NCBI RefSeq assembly: GCF_004010195.1
Contig: NC_057718.1
Coordinates: 103,976,342 to 104,040,341 of the forward strand
DNA from: Chiloscyllium plagiosum
Taxonomy: Eukaryota
Length of the DNA stretch: 64,000 bases
Direction: 5' to 3'
Under the pieces are notes generated by a model. The model was not told the DNA's origin and searched no databases. It saw only the letters and a program-made list of their open reading frames with translations. This document shows positions 1 through 11,934 of this stretch, one piece after another. The position numbers and the translations under genes are program-made. Each line of letters opens with the position of its first letter. Position 1 is the first letter of the stretch.

Positions 1-175
1 AATGCCTTGCCAGTAGCAGTGGTGGACTCTCCTTCATTATGGGCATTTAAACGTGCATTGGATAGGCATATGGAGGATAGTGGGCTAGTGTAGGTTAGGT
101 GGGCTTGGATCGGCGCAACATCGAGGGCCAAAGGGCCTGTACTGCGCTGTATTTTTCTATGTTCTATGTTCTATA
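1..175 (+). mobile_element. CR1/HER1-like LINE 3' end
   Basis: CR1-type 3' UTR (gggccaaagggcctgtactgcgctgt) ending in a (ttctatg)n tail. Confidence 0.85.
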
Positions 176-621
176 AAACCCAGAGCTGACTGTTTTTATC
201 GCCGAGAACTTGAGAAATGTCTGGGAATGTGTTCAAGGCTGGAACACACTCCTCTCAGCCAGCTGCTATTCTCCACGTTAAATTTCCTGTTGTTCAAACA
301 AATTAAGAGTATTTTTCATCTTCAAGTTGTTTCCCTGTATCGAAACGGCGAGGAGTAAATCAAAGCAAACCACATTAGCTGAAAGTCATTAAGAGTCGTT
401 GTTTCAATGAATTTCACACTGAGTTGTGTTTTGAGGTTATAGGAAGTGGAGGCAAACCCATCAGCAACAAATCCATTGTTAATGTGGGAGCAGACAGTGT
501 ATGAGGATCTCTGGACAGTGTCAGCCAGGCCTGGGGGGTGGAAGGTCATCTATTCAAGTCCCATTTGAGTGACTGGGCATATGATCCATGCTGACATTTC
601 TGTATTGTGGGAGTGCAGCAT

Positions 622-1440
622 GGATTTGATTTGGTTTATTATTGTCACATGCACTGAGATACAGTAAAATGTATTGTTTTTCACACTAACCAGTCAAATC
701 TCACCTTACATTGTACATCAGAGTAACAGATCAAAATGCAGAATATAGTGTTACAGCCACAGAGAAGGTGCAGAGAAAGATCAACCCTAATATATGAGAG
801 GTCCATTCATAAGTCTGATAACAGCAGGGAAGAAGTTATCCTTAAATTTGTTAGTGTGTGTTTTCAAACTTTTATATCTTCTGCCGATTGGAAAAGGGTG
901 CAGTGGAGTATAGCCGGGGTGAGAGAGGTCTTTGATGCTGGCTGCTTCCCTGAAGCAGTGGGAAGTGGAGACGGAGTCAATAAATGGAAGGCTGGTTTGT
1001 CTGATAGACTGGGTTGTGTTCACAACTCATTTCCTCCAGCCTTGGGCAGAGCAGTTGCCATTCCGCACTGTGATGCACCGGGATAGGATGCTTTCCATGG
1101 TGCATCTATAAAAATTGATGAGTCATTGTGGACATGCCAAATTTCCTAAGCCTCCTGAGGAAATAGGGATGTTGGTATGGTTTCCTGACAGTAGCATTGA
1201 CATGGATTGAACAGGACAGATTGTTGGTGATAGTTATTCTGAGGAACTTGAAGCTCTGAGCCACCTCCACCTCAGCACCATTGACACAGATCGGAGCGTG
1301 TCCCCCACTCAGCTTGCTGATGTCTATGACCACCTCCTTTGTTTTGCTGACCATGAGGGAGAGATTGTTATCTTTACACCATGAGACTAAGCCGCCTGTC
1401 TCCTTCCTGTACGCTGTCTCGTTGTTTGATCTGTCCACTA
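622..1440 (-). mobile_element. Rex1/Babar-type non-LTR retrotransposon, 3' fragment (degenerate RT and C-terminus)
   Basis: ORF 1106..1459 (WCKDNNLSLMVSKTKEVVID...FLRRLRKFGMS) and ORF 787..1023 (IKDLSHPG...GRRYKSLKTHTNKFKDNFFPAVIRLMN) match the Rex1-type RT C-terminus; minus-strand tail ...tgtgacaataataaaccaaatcaaatc. Confidence 0.8.
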
Positions 1441-1614
1441 GTACCATCCAAGGTGCCATGCTCTACATGAAAGGTTAATCTCTAAAAATAGCCTGGTGGT
1501 ATTGTCACTGGACTATCATTCCAGAGACTCAGGTACTGTTCTGGGAATCAGTTTGAATCCTAGAATTGCAGATGGCGGAATTCAAATTTAATTAAAAAGA
1601 ACCTGGAAGACTAT

Positions 1615-1955
1615 CACAGTGGCTCAGTGGTTAGCACTGCTGCCTCAGAGCACCAGGGACCCAGGTTTGATTCCAGCCTTGGGTGACTGTCTGTGTAGAG
1701 TTTGCACATTCTCCCCGTGTCTGGATGGGTTTCCTCTGGGTGCTCCGGTTTCCTCCAACAATCCAAAGATGTGCAGGCCAGGTGAATTGGTCATGCTAAA
1801 TTGCCCATAGTGTTCAGGGATGTGTAGGTTAGGTGCATTAGTCAGTGGTAAAAGTAACATAAGGAGGAACAGGCTTGGGTGGGTTACTCTTCGGAGGGTC
1901 AGTACGGATTTATTGGGCTGAAATGTCTGTTTCCACACTGTAGGGATTCTATACA
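1615..1955 (+). mobile_element. HE1-type tRNA-derived SINE
   Basis: A/B-box head (gtggctcagtggttagcactgctgcctca...ggtttgattcc), conserved body and CR1-like tail; near-identical to the copy at 49047. Confidence 0.9.
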
Positions 1956-2147
1956 ATAACTATTATGAAATAACTGCTGGACATCTAACCACAGTGAAGC
2001 TACTGGGTCCCCTTTATCCACACACATGTTACTTCTTCAAAGAATTCTAACAAGTCGGTAAAAGTATCATTTCCCTTTCACAAAACCATTTTGACACTGC
2101 CTGATTAAGTTGAATGTGTCTAAGTCGATAATTCTTTTAATAATAAC

Positions 2148-2422
2148 ACAGCCTTGAACGATGGTCTGTGTGGAGTTTGCGCATTCTCCCTGTGTCTGCA
2201 TGGGTTTCCTCTGGGTTTCCTCCCATAATCCAAAGACGTGCAGGTAGGGTGAATTGGCCATGCTAAATTGCCTATAGTGTTCAGGGATGTGTAGGTTAGG
2301 TGGTTTAGCCATGGGAAATGCAGGGTTACAGAGATGGAGTGGATCTGGGTGGGTTGCTGTTTGGAGGGGTGGTGTGGACTCGATGGGCTGAATGGCCTCT
2401 ATTCACGTTGTAGGGTTCTAAT
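2148..2422 (+). mobile_element. HE1-type SINE lacking its head
   Basis: Begins at cagccttg...gtctgtgtggagtttgc and continues through the HE1 body and tail. Confidence 0.85.
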
Positions 2423-2687
2423 CTGTACCCTCTTCCCTCCCCAGGTAAATGTAAAAGGTCTCTCAGCCCTGTGTTGAGGAGGTGAAAGGGAGGACAATAT
2501 TTCTCCCTCGGTGAACATCATTAAAATCAGCAGCTGGTTTCCTTGAGCTTGCTGCCAGTGAATTGGCTGCTTGTTTCCTCTATTACAGCAGTGGGTAGAA
2601 ACCTGGTCTGTAGCCCTCCCTGAGCACAGCAGCAGCATTGACATTAGTGACTGACAGGAGCTCACTGTCAATCACTAAACAAAAAAA

Positions 2688-2900
2688 AACGAAAGAACTG
2701 CAGATGCTGGAAATCAGAAACAAAAACTGAAATTGCTGGAAAAGCTCAGCAGGTCTGGCAGTGTCTGTGGAGAGAAAGCAGTATTAATGCTTCAGGTGCA
2801 GTTCTGAGGAAGGGTCACCAAACCCAAAACATTAACTCTGCTTTCTCTCTCCACAGATGCTGCCAGACCAACTGAGTTTCTCCAGCAATTTCTGTTTTGG
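2688..2900. mobile_element. Penelope-derived inverted-repeat element with a degenerate hammerhead core
   Basis: Inverted arms (gctggaaaagctcagcaggtctggca / tgccagaccaactgagtttctccagc) around CTGAGGA-gggtc..aaccc-AAAAC at 2804-2830. Confidence 0.7.
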
Positions 2901-3624
2901 TTGCACATTACAATCATTATTCCTGGAAACAACTTGTTCATCGAGCTGTATCTGACTCGGAGTCCAAACATCTGACTGATGAGGCGGCGCTGAGACAGAG
3001 AGCGACAGAGACAGCAGCAGATCCTGTACCCGGGTCCCACTACCACACAGACCGTCCTTCCCCAGGGACCCAAAGGTCTGTGGGTGGAGAATCACATTCT
3101 TCCCTTCTCTTAGCAGAACCTAGGAGTCTCAGCCTTGAGTTGAGGGACAGAAGACAACAAGGGTTGAAGAAAGCTACAAAGATAGAGAGGAGCGAGGCCA
3201 GCCAAAGAGTTTTGAAGCACAAGGATGAGAATTTTAAATTGAAGGCACTGGCAGACTGGTGACCTATGGAAGAGTAAGTACTTTCAACAGGCAGGAAATC
3301 AACAAATATTTGCTGGAGAAATTGAGCAGGTCTGGTAGGATCTGTGGAGAGAGAGTCTAGTTTGACTCCCCCAGGAAGCAATGGAAACACAGGTGAATAT
3401 CTCAATATCCTGAGAGTTTCAGAGTTGACCACTGTCTCAGGCAGCCTCTGGGTAAGAAAACTTCTCGACTCCCCTCTTACTCTTCACCTCTTCCCTGAAG
3501 TCGATGCTCCCCGGTTATTGTTCCATCCACTAATAGAAGTATCTCCCTTTTGACTCTATTTATGTCTCTCATAATCTGATATACTTCCAACATATACATA
3601 CTCAGCAAATCTTTTAAGTTCACA

Positions 3625-4470
3625 TTGACAGTGTCCATAGATTACAAAGGGATCTTAATCAGATGGGTCAACGAGCTAAAAAATCGCCAGTCGAGTTCAA
3701 TCTGGATAAATGTGAGGTATTACATCTTGGTGCAACAAACAAGGGTAGGGTTTATACAGTTAACGGTAGGGCCTTGGGTGTGTTGTAGAACAGAGGGACC
3801 TAGGAACACAGGTACATAATTCTTTGGTGTTTGTGTCACAGAGAGAGAGGGTAGTTAAAAAGGTGTTTGGCACACTTGCTTTCATTGCTCAGTCCTTTGA
3901 GTGTAGGGGCTGGGACGTTATGTTGAGGTTGTACGGGGCATTGGTGAGGCCTCTTCTGCAATACTGTCTGGTCACCCTGTTACAGGAAGGATATTATCAA
4001 GCTGGAGGGGGTTCAGAAGAGATTGTTGCCAGGAAAGGAAGGTTTGAGTAATAAGAAAGGCTGGAATAGGCTGGGACTTCTTTCACTGAAATGTAAGTGG
4101 TTGAGAAGTAACCTGATAGAAGTTTATAAAATAATGAGAGGTATAGATCGAATGAGTGGTTGCTGTCTTTTCCAAAGGATGGGGGGTTCCAAGACCAGGA
4201 GGTACATTTTTTATGGTGTGATGTGAGAGATTTAAGAAAGGCATGAGGGCTTTTTTACACAGAGGGTTGTTTGTGTGTCGAGGAAGTGGCAGATGTGGGT
4301 ATAATTAAAATGTTTAAAGGACATTTGGATAAGTACATGAAAGGAAAGGTTTGGAGGGATATCGGCCAAGTTCAGGCAGGTGGGACTTGTTTAGGTTGGG
4401 ATTATGGTCAGCATGGACTGGTTGGACCAAAGGGTCTGTTTCCGTGCTGTATGACTCTATGACTCTTTGA
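3625..4470 (+). mobile_element. CR1/HER1-like LINE, 5'-truncated and degenerate
   Basis: ORF pieces VMLRLYGALVRPLLQYC and RLGLLSLK..LRSNLIEVYKIMRGIDR; (atgactct)n tail. Confidence 0.9.
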
Positions 4471-5180
4471 CCATTTAAGTTAATTTTCTGTTGAAGGGCT
4501 AAGGTAATGATACATCGAAGAGGAGGATGGAATACAGCAGATACATAACTACTCAGTTAACACTGTCACTGTCAGCACTGATTAAAGTGGAATAAACAGT
4601 TCCACACAGGGAGAGGCAAGGTTAGAGAGAATCTATCCTCCCTCAGCTGAGGGAAAGTGTGAGGAGAGACTTGATTAAATCCTAATTGTGAGGAAATGAC
4701 AGGCTATTGATTACCAATCCAGCACCGTTTGTGCAGCAGTCTGAACATTAACTTCATGTTTCTGCACAAAGACTCCAAGGACACTTCCTGCTGGGACTCA
4801 CATTGCCCGAAGGCGAAGAAATTAGGAAGTGAAAGAGGCTGAGAGTCTGCCCTGTGGCTGGTCCTGTTTAAAGAATATTATTCGTCAAGTCTTCAGGATC
4901 AAAGATACCCGTAGGCAGCCCAGAGGCAGGAGCAGCACAGCGCTCTGTATCCAGGCATCCACAAACTGCTCACAATCCTCTAATACATGATCAGTTAGAG
5001 GAACTGCACCATTACACAAAACCTGACACAAAAACTGAACAAAGCTTCTGGAACTCACATAAGAATATAAGATGCTTTATTAATTTTTTACTGACCCATT
5101 TTTCTTATTACCCTAAAAACTTGATTATAATTTGAAAGGATTTCTTCCATAGGTTCACTGAATGTGATCCTCATTAAACC

Positions 5181-8100
5181 TCAGCACTGAGGGAGTGGGC
5201 ACTGTCAGAGGGTCAGTGCTGAGAGAGTGAGCATTGTCAGAGGGTCAGTGCTGAGAGAGTGCCGCACTGTCAGAGGGTCAGTGCTGAGGGAGTGACCCAC
5301 TGTCGGAGGGTCAGTGTGGAGGGAATGCCGCACTGTCAGAGGGTCAGTGCTGAGAGAGTGACCCACTGTCGGAGCGTCAGTGCTGAAAGAGTGCCGCACT
5401 GTCGGAGGGTCAGTGCTGAGGGAGCGCCGCACTGTCGGAGGGTCGGCACTGTGAGAGTGCCGCACTGTCGGAGGGGCGGTACTGAGGGAGTGCCGCGCTG
5501 TCGGAGGGTCAGCACTGAGGGAGTGCCGCACTGTCAGAGGGTCAGTGCTGAGGGAGTGCTGCAAAGTCGGAGGGTCAGTGCTGAGGGAGTGCCGCACTGT
5601 CAGCGGGTCAGTACTGTGGAAATGCTGCACTGTCGGAGGGTCAGTGCTGAGGGAGTGCCGCACTATCAGAGGGTCGGTGCTGAGGGAGTGCCACACTGTT
5701 GGAGGGTCAGTACTGTGGGACTGCCGCACTGTTGGAGGGTCAGTGCTGAGGTAGTGCTGCACTGTCTGAGGGTCAGCACTGAGGGAGTGCCGCACTGTCG
5801 GAGGGTCAGTGCTGAGGGAGTGCTGCACTGTCGGAGGGTCAGTGATGAGGAGGTGCCACGATGTTGGAGGGTCAGCTCTGAGGGAGTGCTGCACTGTCGG
5901 AGGGTCAGTGCTGAGGGAGTTCCACACTGTCAGAGGGTCAGTAATGAAGGAGTGCCGCACTGTTGGAGGGTCAGTGCTGAGGGATTGGACACTGTCGGAC
6001 GGTCAGAGCTGAGGGAGTGCCGCATTGTCAGAGGGTCTGTGCTGAGGGAGTGCCGCACTGTCGGAGGGTCGGTGCTGAGGGAGTGCCACACTGTTGGAGG
6101 GTCTGTGCTGAGGGAGTGCCGCACTGTTGGAGGGTCAGTGCTGAGGGAGTGCCGCACTGTCAGAGGGTCAGTGCTCAGGGAGTGCCGCACTGTCGGAGGG
6201 TCAGTGCTGAGGGAGTGCCGCACTGTCAGATGGTCAGTGCTCAGGGAGTGCCGCACTGTCGGAGGGCCTGTGCTGAAAGAGTGCCGCACTGTTGGAGGGT
6301 CAGTGCTGAGGNNNNNNNNNNNNNNNNNNNNNNNNNNNNNNNNNNNNNNNNNNNNNNNNNNNNNNNNNNNNNNNNNNNNNNNNNNNNNNNNNNNNNNNNN
6401 NNNNNNNNNNNNNNNNNNNNNNNNNNNNNNNNNNNNNNNNNNNNNNNNNNNNNNNNNNNNNNNNNNNNNNNNNNNNNNNNNNNNNNNNNNNNNNNNNNNN
6501 NNNNNNNNNNNNNNNNNNNNNNNNNNNNNNNNNNNNNNNNNNNNNNNNNNNNNNNNNNNNNNNNNNNNNNNNNNNNNNNNNNNNNNNNNNNNNNNNNNNN
6601 NNNNNNNNNNNNNNNNNNNNNNNNNNNNNNNNNNNNNNNNNNNNNNNNNNNNNNNNNNNNNNNNNNNNNNNNNNNNNNNNNNNNNNNNNNNNNNNNNNNN
6701 NNNNNNNNNNNNNNNNNNNNNNNNNNNNNNNNNNNNNNNNNNNNNNNNNNNNNNNNNNNNNNNNNNNNNNNNNNNNNNNNNNNNNNNNNNNNNNNNNNNN
6801 NNNNNNNNNNNNNNNNNNNNNNNNNNNNNNNNNNNNNNNNNNNNNNNNNNNNNNNNNNNNNNNNNNNNNNNNNNNNNNNNNNNNNNNNNNNNNNNNNNNN
6901 NNNNNNNNNNNNNNNNNNNNNNNNNNNNNNNNNNNNNNNNNNNNNNNNNNNNNNNNNNNNNNNNNNNNNNNNNNNNNNNNNNNNNNNNNNNNNNNNNNNN
7001 NNNNNNNNNNNNNNNNNNNNNNNNNNNNNNNNNNNNNNNNNNNNNNNNNNNNNNNNNNNNNNNNNNNNNNNNNNNNNNNNNNNNACACTGTCGGAGGGTC
7101 AGTGCTGAGAGGGGCCGCACTGTCGGATGGTCAGTGCTGAGAGGGGGACACACTGTCGGAGGGTCAGTGCTGAGAGGGGCCGCACTGTCGGATGGTCAGT
7201 GCTGAGAGGGGGACACACTGTCGGAGGGTCAGTGCTGAGAGGGGCCGCACTGTCGGATGGTCAGTGCTGAGAGGGGGACACACTGTCGGAGGGTCAGTGC
7301 TGAGAGGGGCCGCACTGTCGGATGGTCAGTGCTGAGAGGGGGACACACTGTCGGAGGGTCAGTGCTGAGAGGGGCCGCACTGTCGGATGGTCAGTGCTGA
7401 GAGGGGGACACACTGTCGGAGGGTCAGTGCTGAGAGGGGCCGCACTGTCGGATGGTCAGTGCTGTGAGGGGGCCTCACAGTCGGAGGGTCAGTGCTGAGA
7501 GGGGGACACACTGTCGGAGGGTCAGTGGTGAGAGGGGCCACACTGTCGGAGGGTCAGTGGTGAGGGGGGCCACACTGTCGGAGGGTCACTGCTGAGAGGG
7601 GGCCGCACTGTCGGAGGGTCAGTGCTGAGACTGGGCCACACTGTCGGAGGGTCAGTGCTGGGAGGGGGCCACACTGTCGGAGGGTCAGTGCTGAGGGAGT
7701 GCCACACTGTCGGAGGGCCAGTGCTGAGAGAGGCCACACTGTCGGAGGGTCGGTGCTGAGAGGAGGCCGCACTGTCAGAGGGTCAGTGCTGAGAGGGGGC
7801 CGCACTGTCGGAGGGTCGGTGCTGAGAGGAGGCCACACTGTCGGAGGGTCGGTGCTGAGAGGGGCTACACTGTCGGAGGGTCAGTGCTGAGAGGGGCCGC
7901 ACTGTCGGATGGTCAGTGCTGAGAGGGGGACACACTGTCGGAGGGTCAGTGCTGAGAGGGGCCACACTGTCGGAGGGTCAGTGCTGAGGGAGTGCCACAC
8001 TGTCGGAAGGTCGGTGCTGAGAGGGGGCCACACTGTCGGAGGGTCAGTGCTGAGAGGGGGCTGCACTGTTGGAGGGTCAGTGCTGAGGGAGTGCAACATT

Positions 8101-9757
8101 GTCGGAGGGTCGGTTCTGAGAGGGGGCCACACTGTCGGAGGGTCGGTGCTGAGATGGGGCCACACTGTCGGAGGGTCAGTGCTGAGGGAGTGCCGCACTG
8201 TCGGAGGGTCAGTGCTGAGAGGGGGCCACACTTTCGGAGGCTCGGTGCTGAGATGGGGCCACACTGTCGGAGGGTCGGTGCTGAGATGGGGCCACACTGT
8301 CGGAGGGTCAGTACTGAGGGAGTGCCGCACTGTCGGAGGGTCAGTGCTGTGAGGGGGCCACACTGTCGGAGGGTCAGTGCTGAGAGGGGGCCACACTGTC
8401 GGAGGGTCAGTGCTGAGAGGGGCCCCACTGTCGGAGGGTCAGTGCTGCGAGAGTTTCACACTGTCGGAGGTCAGTGTTGAGAGGGACCCCACTGTCGGTG
8501 GATCAGTGCTGAGAGGGGGCCACACTGTCGGAGGGTCAGTGCTGAGAGAGTTTCACACTGTCGGAGGGTCTTTGCTGAGAGGGGGCCGCCCTGTCGGAGG
8601 GTCAGTGCTGAGAGGGAGCCGCACTGTCGGAGGGTCAGTGCTGAGAGGTGGCCACACTGTCGGAGTGTCAGTGCTGAGACCGGCCACACTATCGGAGGGT
8701 CAGTGCTGAGAGGGGGCCGCCCTGTCGGAGGGTCAGTGCTGAGAGGGGGCCGCACTGTCGGAGGGTCAGTGCTGAGAGGGGGCCACACTGTCGGAGGGTC
8801 AGTGCTGTGAGGGGGCCGCACTGTCGGAGGGTCAGTGCTGAGAGGGGGCCACACTGTCGGAGGGTCAGTGCTGAGAGAGGCCACACTGTCGGAGGGTCAG
8901 TGCTGAGGGAGTGCCACACTTTCGGAGGGTCATTGCTGAGAGGGGGCCACACTGTCGGAGGGTCAGTGCTGAGAGGGGGCCACACTGTCGGAGGGTCAGT
9001 GCTGAGAGGGGCAACACTGTCGGAGGGTCAGTGCTGAGGGAGTGCCGCACTGTCGGAGGGTCAGTGCTCAGAGGGGGCCACACTGTCAGAGGGTCGGTGC
9101 TGAGAGGGGGCCACACTGTCGGAGGGTCAGTGCTGAGGGAGTGCCGCACTGTCGGAGGGTCATTGCTGAGAGGGAGCCACACTGTCGGAGGGTCAGTGCT
9201 GAGAGGGGGCCACACTGTCGGAGGGTCAGTGCTGAGAGGGGCCACACTGTCGGAGGGTCAGTGCTGAGGGAGTGCCGCACTGTCGGAGGGTCAGTGCTGA
9301 GAGGGGGCCACACTGTCAGAGGGTCAGTGCTGAGAGGGGGCCACACTGTCGGAGGGTCAGTGCTGAGGGAGTGCCGCACTGTCGGAGGGTCAGTGCTGAG
9401 AGGGGCCACACTTTCGGAGGGTCATTGCTGAGAAGGGGCCACACTGTCGGAGGGTCAGTGCTGAGAGGGGGCCACACTGTCGGAGGGTCAGTGCTGAGAG
9501 GGGCCACACTGTCGGAGGGTCAGTGCTGAGAGGGTTTCACACTGTCGGAGGGTCAGTGCTGAGAAGGAGCCACACTGTCGGAGGGTCACTGCTGAGAGGG
9601 GGCCGCACTGTCGGAGGGTCAGTGCTGAGAGGGGGCCTCAGTGTCGGAGGGTCGATGCTGAGGGAGTGCCGCACTGTCGGAGGGTCAGTGCTGTGAGGGG
9701 GCCTCACTGTCGGAGGGTCAGTGCTGAGAGGGGGCCACACTGTCGGACGGTCAGTAC
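5181..9757. repeat. 33/32-bp minisatellite (cactgtcggagggtcagtgctgagggagtgccg), interrupted by an assembly gap
   Basis: Direct tandem array; produces the STDPPTVRHSL-type periodic ORFs. Confidence 0.97.
6312..7084. other. Assembly gap (N run) inside the minisatellite
   Basis: Run of N. Confidence 1.
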
Positions 9758-11205
9758 CACACTATCCTTCTGTCTGTTTTCTTCCCAAGCTTCCAAATTC
9801 CCTTCTTCAGAACCTGTTATCTTCCTGATACTTTACCCAGTTTTGAAGGAAGATCTCTGAGATGAAATGTTAACTCGGTTTCTCTCCCTTTCGACACTGT
9901 CAGACCTGCTGAGTTTCTCCAGCACTTTGTGTTTGTCTCATGCATTAGCCAAGCTGTGTCTGGCTGAGGAGATCAATCATTGCAGGGGAAGCTGAGGATG
10001 CCTCTGCTAATATCATTCTGCCCGTAGTTGCCTGCTATGGGATTAGGAACGCACGCATTACTGCACTAATGCCAGTGATGGACCCCTCCTGAGGTGCCAC
10101 TGGACTCAGAGTGTGACTGGCTCAAGCTCTGATCAATGTACGATGATGAATAGGATTTTGTCACAATTCATATTTTAAAACTCTCCTCCATTCTAACAAC
10201 CCCTCATGTGATCTGGCTGGCCACTCGAAAACGGTTTGTTCCTTGCTGCGAGAATATCCTTCCATCCCTGTCTCTGTCGCTGGATGGATTTGCATATGAC
10301 AGATAAATCGCACTGTCTGCCACACAATGTGCCACTTCAAAGACATTACTCGGGTGCAAACTAAATTGATTGCAAAGTGAGCAGAAGCCGCACAACACAG
10401 ACCGATTCCCTCACCCTGAAAGCAAACAGTGCTGAAGCTGGAAGCAACTGTGCTTACGTGTTCCAAAGCAATTTTTTGTTTTAAAATTATTTTTGTAACT
10501 GAAAAGATGAAGTAAAAAGTAGTGCAATCAAATTAAATTTAACGTGTTAACATGCTCCTGTGTGAGCTTTATTTTTAGCAAACTTGTGGTTTATAGTTTG
10601 AGCCACACAGTCTGATTAACCGGTTTTGTGATCTGTAATGCAGTAATAAGGGCTCTCTTCAACCTCACCTGATGTGTTAATATCTTGCAGAGTTACATTT
10701 GGGAATACTATGCCATGTTCCTGCCTCTGAGACTGGAGTTCTGAGTTAGAGTGCCAAAAGGGCTTCTTACCCAAGGAAGTTCATGACCAGATCAAACAGG
10801 TCCAGCATTACCTTATCGGTCGTCCCAAATTGCCAAGCCAGAGAGATCTCTGGGCATGGAGTTAACAGCTCTATTCTCTCTCCACCATTAATACCCTCCA
10901 CATGACATATTTTCAGTGAGGAGGGAGGGAGGGGGAAAGTGTGATGGGTGAGTAAAGCCCGCCATCTTCAACCAGGACCTGTTTTTCATATCATGGGAAA
11001 TGTGTCAAGTGTCTACAAAAGCCAATGGGGCCCTTGATTGTGCAGTTAATGGACTCTTAAGGCTGTCAGTCCACATTGACTTAAGGACACTTAAGGGTGG
11101 GCCATTGAGAACTGAGAGCAGGAGAAATGTCTTCACCCTGACAGTGGGGAGCCTGGGGAATTCTCTGCATTAGCAAGTAGTTGAGGCCAAAATATTGAAT
11201 GTTTC

Positions 11206-11307
11206 AAGGAGTTAGATAGAGTTCCTCGAGCTAAAGGGATCAGTGGAATGGGGAGAAAGGAGTTAGATAGAGTTCCTCGAGCTAAAGGGATCAGTGGAAT
11301 GGGGAGA
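11206..11307 (+). repeat. Perfect 51-bp tandem duplication within a CR1 3' fragment
   Basis: aaggagttagatagagttcctcgagctaaagggatcagtggaatggggaga occurs twice in tandem. Confidence 0.95.
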
Positions 11308-11321
11308 AAATGGGAACAGGT

Positions 11322-11470
11322 TTAATTCCCACGCTGCCTGAGGTTACCAAGAAGGACTCTCCTTCTCAAGCTTCTCCCCCATTGCCTGAGGTATGGTGAC
11401 CCTCAGGTTAAAACATCCCCCTCATCGCTCTCTAATGGGACAGCAGCAGTAGGAAGATAGAAGCTTTGCC
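11322..11470 (+). mobile_element. tRNA-derived SINE fragment ('family B'; other copies near 22553, 46830, 52080, 56170, 61390)
   Basis: Recurring motif ccttctcaa..ctcccc..gcctgagg.atggtgaccctcaggttaaa shared by several copies in the window. Confidence 0.7.
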
Positions 11471-11934
11471 TTGGTCTTGACTGAGGCTGGGTCATTCAGT
11501 AGATTCAATAAAAGGCAGAGATAGACTTTACTCAGGAAGGGAATCGAGAGGAAAAGGCAAGAGATTGAAGTTGGGGATGACCATATAAGCCAAGATCACA
11601 TCGAATAGTGGAGCAGACTCAATGGGCTGAATGACCTCTTATGGCTCCTACGTTTTACAGTCTTATCTCCATAGTGACTTCTTTTTATTTCTCAGGATGG
11701 ATCCCATTAGGCCCAGGAGGTTATTGGTCTTTTATCCCATGAGTCTTTCTAATACATTTGCTCTGGTGATAATTGTGATGTATTTGTTTCCTTCCGCATT
11801 TAAGCCCCATTATTATTTAGTATTTTTGGGATGTTGTTAGTACCCTGTACCATGAAGACTGACAAACAGTATTTATTCCAGTCCGTTACCATTTCCTGGA
11901 TCCCCTGTTATTATTATGACCCGATTCCCATCAG

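Noticed and set aside
5205..9740. Long ORFs with STDPPTVRHSL/ECRTVGGSVLR repeats
   Set aside because: Minisatellite and N-gap read-through, not a gene.
10161..10466. 101-aa minus-strand ORF in unique sequence
   Set aside because: No recognisable homology or convincing exon structure; treated as non-coding.
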